A stretch of DNA of 63,944 nucleotides, the filler included. It is 4 parts of 4 records of this genome, joined end to end, with 100 filler letters (N's around TTAATTAATTAA, not from the genome) between each part and the next. Parts side by side here need not be neighbours in the genome. Positions count along the whole stretch, not along the records: positions 44,262 to 58,812 come from SRR20825019_353; positions 58,913 to 63,944 come from SRR20825019_606; 2 more parts are not named here. One strand, 5' to 3'. Shown one piece after another: positions 53,550 through 61,900 of this stretch. The position numbers and the translations under genes are program-made. The notes beneath the pieces were generated by a model that did no database searches, was not told the origin of the DNA, and was given only the letters and a program-made list of their open reading frames with translations. Positions within the stretch are counted from its first letter, which is position 1; every line of letters starts with the position of its first letter.

Positions 53550-54298
53550 GCATCGGTCTTGTCATCCGCCTCCTCGTTCTGGCCCTGCTGGTAGCATTCC
53601 TGGTCAGCCCGGAGAGCTTCGCCTTTGTCTTCGAGCCGCTGACCAAGAACAACCAGCCGGTGATCTACAATCAGGGCAGCCTGCTCGACCTCACTCTAAA
53701 CCACTTGCTGATCGTGGCGATTGCGACGGCCCTGGCCACGGCCGTCGCGGTCGGCCTCGCCATCCTCGTGACGCGTCCCTTTGGCGCCGAGTTCCTGCCG
53801 CTGTCGCGCAGCCTGGCCAATGTCGGGCAGACCTTCCCGCCTGTTGCGGTGCTGGCCCTGGCCGTGCCCATGCTCGGTTTCGGCACTGCCCCGACATTGG
53901 TGGCCCTGTTCCTCTATGGTCTCTTGCCGATCTTCGAAAACACCCTGACCGGCCTCACCGGGCTGCCGCCCACAGTGACCGAAGCGGCGCGGGGCATGGG
54001 CATGACCGGCGGGCAACGCCTTGTTCGCGTCGAGCTGCCCTTGGCGCTGCCGGTCATTCTCGCCGGGGTGCGGCTCTCCACGGTGATCTCGCTGGCCACC
54101 GCCACCATCGGCTCCACCGTCGCTGCCCGCACTTTGGGCGAAGTCATCATCGCCGGGCTCTTGTCCAGCAATACCGCCTTTGTGCTGCAGGGCGGGCTCA
54201 TCGTGGGCGCGCTCGCCGTGCTGATTTACGACGGCCTCTCGGCCATCGAGCGGGCGCTGACCCGTCGCACCGGCCAGGGCGCCCGCGCCAACGCCTGA
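53546..54298 (+). CDS. ABC permease (YehW-like)
   Basis: GQTFPPVAVLAL, EAARGMGMT. Confidence 0.88.
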   Translation: MSIGLVIRLLVLALLVAFLVSPESFAFVFEPLTKNNQPVIYNQGSLLDLTLNHLLIVAIATALATAVAVGLAILVTRPFGAEFLPLSRSLANVGQTFPPVAVLALAVPMLGFGTAPTLVALFLYGLLPIFENTLTGLTGLPPTVTEAARGMGMTGGQRLVRVELPLALPVILAGVRLSTVISLATATIGSTVAARTLGEVIIAGLLSSNTAFVLQGGLIVGALAVLIYDGLSAIERALTRRTGQGARANA

Positions 54299-54318
54299 CT
54301 ACGGAAAGACTACAGATC

Positions 54319-55680
54319 ATGTCCGACTTCGACCTCAGCCTCACCGGCACCATCGTCCTCCCGGACCGCATCATCGAGCGCGGCCATATCGCCGTGCGTG
54401 ATGGCAAGATCGCCTTGGTCGGCGAGGGCACTGGTCCTGAGGCAAAGGAACGCCATGATCTGGGCACGGCCATGATCCTGCCCGGCGCCATCGACGCGCA
54501 GACCCATTCCCTCAGCCAGAAAGATCAGGAAGACTTTGTCTGGTCGACCCGCTCGGCAGCGGCCGGCGGCGTCACCACGATCGTCGACATGCCCTATGAT
54601 GAAGGTAATCTCGTCTGCTCGGCCGACGCAGTCCGCATCAAGGTCGATCATGCCAGCCCGCAGGCCCGCGTCGATTTCGCGCTTTATGGCACGATCAACC
54701 CGGAAGAGGGGGCCGCCCGCATCGCCGAACAGGCCGAGGCGGGCGTTGCTGCCTTCAAGTTCTCGACCTTCGGCACCGATCCGATCCGCTTTCCGCGCAT
54801 TCCACCGGCGCTGCTGGAAGAGTGTTTTGCCGCCGTCGCCAAAACCGGCCTGACAGCCGGCGTGCACAATGAAGACGATGAAATGGTCCGGTCCGCCATG
54901 GCCAGGGTCAAGGCAGCGGGAATAACCGACTACCGCGCCCATGGCCTCAGCCGCCCACCGCTGACCGAACTGCTGGCCTCGCTGCAGATCTACGAGACCG
55001 GGGCACAGACAGGATGCCCCGCCCATGTGGTGCATTGCTCGCTCGCCCGCGGCTACGAGATCGCCCGCACCTATCGCGACCAGGGCTACGCCGCCACCAT
55101 CGAATGCTGCATTCACTATCTGACGCTGGACGAGGAGAACGACGTCGCCCGGCTCGGCGGCAAGGCCAAGATCAATCCGCCGATCCGTCCGCGCGCCGAA
55201 GTCGAAAAGCTCTGGCAGCATGTCGCGGCCGGCAATGTCACCCTGATTTCGACCGATCACGTCAGCTGGTCCGAGGACCGCAAGACCAATCCGGATATGC
55301 TCGCCAATGCCTCGGGCGTGCCCGGCCTCGAAGTCATGGTGCCGCTGTTCATCAAGGGGGCCCTGGACCATGGCGTAGCCCTGACCTGGGCGGCCAAACT
55401 GATGGCGGAAAACCCCGCCCGCCACTTCCGCCTCGACCACGTCAAGGGCGCCCTGCAGGTCGGCAAGGACGCCGACATCACTGTTCTCGTCGATCGCCCG
55501 CAGGTCTATGACGCGGCCCGCAGCGGCCATAACGTCGTCGGCTGGAGCCCGTATAACGGTATTGAACTGCCCTGGACCGTCGCCGGCACGTGGTTGCGCG
55601 GCCGGCAAGTTTTTGATGGTACAGATGTTTTATCTGAACCGGGCACCGGCCGCTTCGTCCGGCCCGAGGCCCGCGCATGA
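54319..55680 (+). CDS. Cyclic amidohydrolase (hydantoinase/allantoinase-like); predicted hydantoin-5-propionate hydrolase
   Basis: PGAIDAQTH, AAAGGVTTIVDMP, FKFS, VHNE, VVHCS, KINPPIR, STDH. Confidence 0.8.
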   Translation: MSDFDLSLTGTIVLPDRIIERGHIAVRDGKIALVGEGTGPEAKERHDLGTAMILPGAIDAQTHSLSQKDQEDFVWSTRSAAAGGVTTIVDMPYDEGNLVCSADAVRIKVDHASPQARVDFALYGTINPEEGAARIAEQAEAGVAAFKFSTFGTDPIRFPRIPPALLEECFAAVAKTGLTAGVHNEDDEMVRSAMARVKAAGITDYRAHGLSRPPLTELLASLQIYETGAQTGCPAHVVHCSLARGYEIARTYRDQGYAATIECCIHYLTLDEENDVARLGGKAKINPPIRPRAEVEKLWQHVAAGNVTLISTDHVSWSEDRKTNPDMLANASGVPGLEVMVPLFIKGALDHGVALTWAAKLMAENPARHFRLDHVKGALQVGKDADITVLVDRPQVYDAARSGHNVVGWSPYNGIELPWTVAGTWLRGRQVFDGTDVLSEPGTGRFVRPEARA

Positions 55681-56930
55681 CCCGCAACCTGCCCACCAGC
55701 GCCGAGCGGATCGACGAGGACATCTCGGCTTTGGCCGAAATCACCGAGCCCGACCGCCCCTACACCCGCCGCGCCTTCACACCCATGTTCCTCAAAGGCC
55801 GCGACTGGCTGGCGCAGCGCTTCCAGGCCGCCGGCCTCACCACTCACATCGACGCAGCCGGCAACCTCATCGGCTCCCGAAAGGGCAACAAACCCGGCCT
55901 TGGCACGATCATGCTCGGCTCGCATTCCGATACGGTGCCCGATGGCGGCCGCTATGACGGTATCGCGGGGGTCTCCGCCGCCCTCGAAGTGGCGCGCGCC
56001 CTTGGCGACAAGGGCATAGAGCTCGACCACGATTTGGAGATCATCGATTTCCTCGCCGAAGAAGTTTCGATTTTCGGCGTCTCCTGCGTCGGCAGCCGCG
56101 GCATTACCGGAACCCGCCCCGAAGACTGGTTGGGCCGCGAGAGCCAGGGCGTTAGCCTCGCCAATGCCATAGCCGAAGTCGGCGGTAATGCCGCAATCCT
56201 GGCGACGCGCAATGACATCGCCGCCTTCCTCGAACTCCATATCGAACAGGGGCCGGTCCTCGAAGACGAAGAGCTCGATATCGGTGTGGTGACAGCCATT
56301 GCGGGCATTACCCGCATCGAGATTGTCGTTGAGGGCCGAGCCGATCACGCCGGCACCACACCCATGGGCAGCCGCAAGGATGCGCTTTCGACCGCAGCCT
56401 GGATCGCGCTGGCGGTCGAGCGTTTCGCAACAGATCTGGCGGCCGGCGATTTCCATCTCGCAGCAACAGTTGGCGAGTTCCGCATGGAACCCAATGCCGC
56501 CAATGTCGTGCCCTCGCGCGTCACCATGCTGATCGATGCGCGCGCCGAGCGCCGCGCCGACATGGAGCATTTCCTCGCCCAATTGCGTGAAGGCGTTGCC
56601 GGCATTGCCGCACAGACTGGCGTGACGGTGCCGGAACCGCGCATTATTTCGGACAATCTGCCGACGCCCAGCGACGCCGATATCCTGGCCGCACTGGACG
56701 CCGCCTGCGACGCCACCGGCGCCCGCCACCGCCGCATGGCCTCCGGTGCCGGACATGACACCGCCTGGATGGCGCGGGTCACCAAGGCGGCGATGATCTT
56801 TGTGCCTTGTGTCCAGGGCCGCAGCCATACCCCCGAAGAATCCGCCAAGGCCGAGGACATCGCGCTTGGTGCTGCCGTGCTGCTCGACGCGGTGCAGCGG
56901 CTCGATAAAGACCTGCAGGAGACAGCATAA
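55677..56930 (+). CDS. M20 Zn hydrolase of the N-carbamoyl-L-amino-acid amidohydrolase type
   Basis: GSHSDTVPDGGRYDG, AEE, ELHIEQGP, DHAGTTPM, SGAGHD, SHTPEE. Confidence 0.88.
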   Translation: MTRNLPTSAERIDEDISALAEITEPDRPYTRRAFTPMFLKGRDWLAQRFQAAGLTTHIDAAGNLIGSRKGNKPGLGTIMLGSHSDTVPDGGRYDGIAGVSAALEVARALGDKGIELDHDLEIIDFLAEEVSIFGVSCVGSRGITGTRPEDWLGRESQGVSLANAIAEVGGNAAILATRNDIAAFLELHIEQGPVLEDEELDIGVVTAIAGITRIEIVVEGRADHAGTTPMGSRKDALSTAAWIALAVERFATDLAAGDFHLAATVGEFRMEPNAANVVPSRVTMLIDARAERRADMEHFLAQLREGVAGIAAQTGVTVPEPRIISDNLPTPSDADILAALDAACDATGARHRRMASGAGHDTAWMARVTKAAMIFVPCVQGRSHTPEESAKAEDIALGAAVLLDAVQRLDKDLQETA

Positions 56931-58018
56931 TGGGACGCATCCTTACCGAGAAAGACGTGGAAGCGGCCGTCAAAGGCGGCTCTGTCTATGCAGCAGGCGG
57001 CGGCGGCTGGGCCGATCACGGCCGTATGCTGGGCTATGCGGCGGTCTCGATCGGCAAACCCGAATTGGTTTCGGTGGAGGAACTGGACGACAGCGACTGG
57101 GTGGCGACGGCGGCCGCCATTGGCGCACCGGCCTCGACAACGCCCTGGGAAATGCGCGGCGTCGATTACATCAAGGCCGTGCAACTGCTCCAGGATGCGT
57201 TGGGCGAAAAATTGGCCGGCCTGATGGTCGGCCAGAACGGCAAATCCTCGACGCTCAATGGCTGGCTGCCCTCGGCGGCATTGGGCCTGAAAGTGCTCGA
57301 CGCCGTGGGCGATATCCGCGCGCACCCCACCGGCGATATGGGCTCGATTGGCCTCGCCGGTTCGCCCGAACCGATGATCCAGACCGCCGTGGGCGGCAAT
57401 CGCGACGAGAACCGCTATATCGAGCTGGTTACCCGGGGCGCCACCGCAAAGGTGTCCCCGATCCTGCGCACCGCCTCGGACATGTCCGGCGGCTTTATTG
57501 CATCCTGTCGCAATCCGGTGCGCGCCAGCTATGTTCGCGACCATGCGGCCCTGGGCGGCATTTCGCTGGCGCTCAAGCTCGGCGAGGCGATCATCGCGGC
57601 CGAAGGCAAGGGTGGCACCGCCATCATCGACGCCATCGTCAAGACAACCGGCGGGACGATCCTGGTGGAAGGCAAGATCACCAAAAAGGCGGTGACCTAT
57701 ACCAGCGAGGCCTTTGATGTCGGGACCGTCACGCTCGAAAATGGCGCCGTGCTGCATGTCATGAACGAATATATGGCCGTCGACACCCGCGATGGCGCCC
57801 GGCAGGCCACTTTCCCGGATGTGATCACCACGCTTTCGATCGATGGCGAGCCGCTCAGCGTCGGCCAGCTTGAGGAGGGCATGCCCATCTTCGTGCTGCA
57901 CGTCCCCAAAGCCATCATTCCACTGTCTTCGAGCGTGCTCGATCCGTCTGTCTATCCGCATGTCGAAAAGACCATGGGGATCGAACTGGCCCGCTACGCC
58001 CTGTCCAAGGAGGGCTGA
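56930..58018 (+). CDS. DUF917 protein; predicted thiohydantoin desulfurase
   Basis: AAGGGG, IGAP, DAVGDIRAHP, NEYMAV, ATFPDVI match DUF917 patterns. Confidence 0.8.
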   Translation: MGRILTEKDVEAAVKGGSVYAAGGGGWADHGRMLGYAAVSIGKPELVSVEELDDSDWVATAAAIGAPASTTPWEMRGVDYIKAVQLLQDALGEKLAGLMVGQNGKSSTLNGWLPSAALGLKVLDAVGDIRAHPTGDMGSIGLAGSPEPMIQTAVGGNRDENRYIELVTRGATAKVSPILRTASDMSGGFIASCRNPVRASYVRDHAALGGISLALKLGEAIIAAEGKGGTAIIDAIVKTTGGTILVEGKITKKAVTYTSEAFDVGTVTLENGAVLHVMNEYMAVDTRDGARQATFPDVITTLSIDGEPLSVGQLEEGMPIFVLHVPKAIIPLSSSVLDPSVYPHVEKTMGIELARYALSKEG

Positions 58019-58020
58019 AC

Positions 58021-58812
58021 ATGCCGACCCCCAATCCCCGTCACCCGCGTTTCCCCATTCCCGGTGGCAATGAAGTCCGCGCACGCGGCTGGCGCCAGGA
58101 AGCCCTGTTGCGGCTGCTCGAAAACGTCCTGAGTGTTGGTGAAGACCCGGACAATCTTGTCGTCTATGCGGCCCTGGGCAAGGCGGCCCGCAACTGGGCC
58201 AGCCACGACGCGATTGTCCATGCACTCAAGACCATGGACGAGGATCACACGCTGATCATCCAGTCGGGCAAGCCGATTGGCCTGGTCAAAACCCATGCCA
58301 AGGCGCCGCTGGTGATCATGGCCAATTGCAACATCGTGGGGCAATGGGCCAAGGCCGAAGTTTTCTACGAACTGGAGCGCAAGGGCCTGATCTGCTGGGG
58401 CGGGCTGACCGCCGGCGCCTGGCAATATATTGGCAGCCAGGGTGTCATCCAGGGCACTTATGAAATCTTCATGCGCATTGCCGAAAACCGCTTTGACGGC
58501 GATCTGGCGGGGCGCTTCATTCTGACTGCGGGCCTGGGTGGCATGGGTGGCGCGCAACCGCTGGCCGGCCGTATGGCAGGCGCGGCGATCCTCTGCGTCG
58601 ATATCGACCCCGAGCGCGCGGCCAAGCGCAAGGAAATCGGCTATCTCGAAGAGATCGCGCCTGACCTCGACGCAGCGCTCGAAATGATCGCGACCGCCGT
58701 TCGCGAAAAGCGCGCGACCTCCATCGGCCTGGTCGGCAATGCCGCCGACATCTATCCCGAAATTGCGCGGCGCGGCATCACGCCCGATATCGTCACCGAC
58801 CAGACCTCGGCC
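58021..58812 (+). CDS. Urocanate hydratase-family protein (divergent, thiourocanate hydratase-like), 3' partial
   Basis: QSGKP, YIGSQGVIQGTYE, TAGLGGMGGAQPLA, VTDQTSA; pocket variants VYAALG and WGGLTAG. Confidence 0.85.
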
Positions 58813-58912
58813 NNNNNNNNNNNNNNNNNNNNNNNNNNNNNNNNNNNNNNNNNNNNTTAATTAATTAANNNNNNNNNNNNNNNNNNNNNNNNNNNNNNNN
58901 NNNNNNNNNNNN
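58813..58912. other. Artificial contig linker
   Basis: N44-TTAATTAATTAA-N44. Confidence 0.98.
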
Positions 58913-58913
58913 A

Positions 58914-61900
58914 AGTCTGTATCTCTCTATTATAAACTATGGGGTAGCATTTCATCATGCCGGTCTTACCTCTGAACAACGCACCCTCATCGAGGACGCC
59001 TTCCGAAACCGAGTGGTCTGGGTAATCTGCTGCACCACAACCCTCGCAACTGGTGTCAATTTACCTGCACGCCGTGTTATTTTCAAGACGATTAAAATGG
59101 CGAATCAGACGATAGACTCTACTCGGTACCACCAAGCCGCTGGCCGTGCTGGAAGGCAAGGCTACGACACAACAGGAGAGGTTTACGTGCTTGGAAGACA
59201 AGTCGAACGGACGGCAATCCTTCGAGTAATGTCGCCTGTTTTACCGCCGCTCGAATCCAACTTTAGCGCACATAGGAGGGGTATGGTTCGAGTTCTTCTG
59301 GAGGGTTTTTCCACTAAGACAATTAAAACGGTGTACGATATCAAACATTGTGTCGAAAGGACGCTACTAGCTGCCGCATCTCCACCTTCAGTTACCACCA
59401 CTACTACCACTGAATCATCATCCCTGCTGCAACCGATTCCACCCCCACCACCAACAAACAACCTTGAAGAAGTCTTTGCCACAACTAAAAATGCGCTAGA
59501 TTTCTTAGAATGTAACAGATTTATCGAATGGGACTCCTCACTGGATATATTCGTTTCTACTGCCCTTGGGGAGGCGACCGTAGCGTCATCCCTCGCTCCA
59601 GACGAGGCCCTTCTTTTATACGAGGACCTGTCTCATGCACGATCCTCCGTCTGCCTTGAAAATGACCTCCATCTGCTGTTTTTATGTACGCCATATTATC
59701 ATGGACTGGAGCCGGAGTGGTCTAGATTTCTTCCTGAGTTTTTGAATGGGAGCTCACTACGCCTTTCCGATGCTTCAGTTCGACACGTCATGACACTCAT
59801 TGGCGTGGATTTCGGCTTCCTGCATCAATGCTCGGTTATCCCTCCACCTCGCGGTGCCGGCATTCTGACACTTGGAGAAATATCTGCATCAGACAAACAA
59901 CAGCAACAGAATAATAACAACACCACTGCAGTAAATGTCTCTGCGGCTGTTCAAAAGCGACTCCTACTTCTCCACAGAAGGTTGTATCTTACACTAGTAC
60001 TGTGGGATGTGATCAACGAAGTCCCTCCCTCCGCCATATCACGCAAATTCGGCAACAGCGTCAGTACAGGAGAACTACGTCGATTACGAGATCTCGCATC
60101 GACCTTTTCAAATATGGCAGCCAATTTTTGTGATAAGTTAAATTGGTGGCAGCTACCACCACTTCTTGAACGCATTGCCACACGGCTATCAAAGGGCGTC
60201 GAGGCGGATCTTTTGCCACTAATGGGCATCGAGGGTTTAACACCATCACGTGCCCGTGAGCTCGCCAAGAAGGGCTTCCGTACCCCCCTTTCAGTGGCAT
60301 CTTCGTCGGTAGTAGAGCTGGAATCTATCCTTTCAGATAGTGCTCAATTTTCTGGTGCCATGATCGGCCACAAACAGCAACAAGAATCAACCACGGGATT
60401 TACCAATAATAGTAACAACGCTAACAATGCTGCGTCAGACTACCTTCAGCAACATGGCGGTGTAGAAGAATCTGAGAACTCGCGGGCTGAGCAACTTTCA
60501 AAGTTGTGTAATGCGTCAACACTTTCATCATTATCTTCTTCCCTCACTGCAACTGCAGCAGGCTCAAGTAGTCTCACTAAGCGAAACCTAGCTCTCTGCC
60601 TGATAGAGGGAGCTAGAGCAGTACTCCTAGCCGAAGCGTCGGAAATTGCGGAATCCCTTCAGAATGTGTCCAATATTGGTAGCAGTGGAGGAGGAGGTTT
60701 GAATCATCATACAGATATGTCCTCCATGCCCCTCACTACAACCCTCAATACATTCTCATCGTCCTTTGGTGGGGGAACGATAGCTGGTGGGCTATCGGCT
60801 TCAGGCAGTAGTGGTGGAGGTGGAGGATCTTGGGGCGGTAACTCCCTGATGTCGGCAGCATCATCGTCCCTCACTCCGCACCAACAACAGCACCATCAAC
60901 ACATGATGATGTCACCATCTGCTGCATCGCTTGTATCTACATCATCATCACATTCGTCGCTTGGCAGCCTCCTTCTCTCCTCAGCCTCCCTCGACTTCAG
61001 GGTCGGATCCTCCTCCTCTGAAGCCTCAACGTGGGTCGCAATAGATGCCAAAATACCGGCACAGTGGTCTAAATTCCTCACTTGTATGTCTCTTGTGCGC
61101 CGTCGGAATGATAGTGATAATGGAGGCGATACCAATACTACTATTAGTTGCTGGTCGGGTAACTCTTCTGAGTGGATCCAGCACGGTCCCTTCATTTCAC
61201 TCCTCGCTATCCCACCCTCCCACCACCACAATACCAATAACTCTACTACGTCCTCATCGGAGTTGAGTGGGCACCAAGACATTGCATTTTGCGTCCAGGG
61301 CAGCTTCTGTACCGCCGCGAGTAGTAGTGGAAATATACCCACTATTTCTTACAACTTGGCCACTCAACAATCCACTATCTTCTACATTCAAAACGCCTCG
61401 TCAAGAGCCGAGATCGACACTGAAGAACATCAACCACAACGACGACCACCCACCCCAACAAAAGACAGTGCTCTTCCAGTTTCTTCTGTTGCCGAAAATG
61501 AACTTACAGCAGAAGTAGTATCAGCACCTCATCACCACCACATCGGCGGCAGTAGCAGCAGACACATCCCGTGTGAGGCCATGTCATCCTTCCTATCACA
61601 CACTTTCTTCCCATCACCACACTTCGCCAAAATTCTACCCGACTCCAAGACTACAGTGTTACTGCTCCGTTCGGTTGGGCTGCTTCCAAGGTCAGTTGGG
61701 GAGTATCCTCGTATATTCTTCTCTCCTGGCTGCGGACCCACTGTGGACCCTTACATTGCCGATTGGCTGTTGTCGCCGGAGGATAGATCGTCGTACAGAT
61801 CTCCGCCTATTGGGCAATTATGTGCATCCCACGGGGTACCTCCGACCTCCCAAGCCCGCTTTAACACCCTCCTCGCTACCTGGCTACTGGATATCAAATC

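Noticed and set aside
49241-58225. Long antisense ORFs (e.g. 50382-52058, 54310-55608, 55506-56828, 56345-58225)
   Set aside because: Shadow frames of real genes in GC-rich DNA; no recognisable motifs.
48725-58812. Ordinary hutH/hutU histidine utilisation operon
   Set aside because: The lyase lacks Ala-Ser-Gly, the urocanase pocket is divergent, and DUF917, hydantoinase and carbamoylase genes are present instead of hutI/hutG.
18270-58912. Recurring TTAATTAATTAA palindrome and abrupt composition shifts as mobile-element ends or HGT junctions
   Set aside because: These are identical 100-nt N-padded linkers with genes truncated at each one, so they are concatenation artefacts. No cross-contig context was used.
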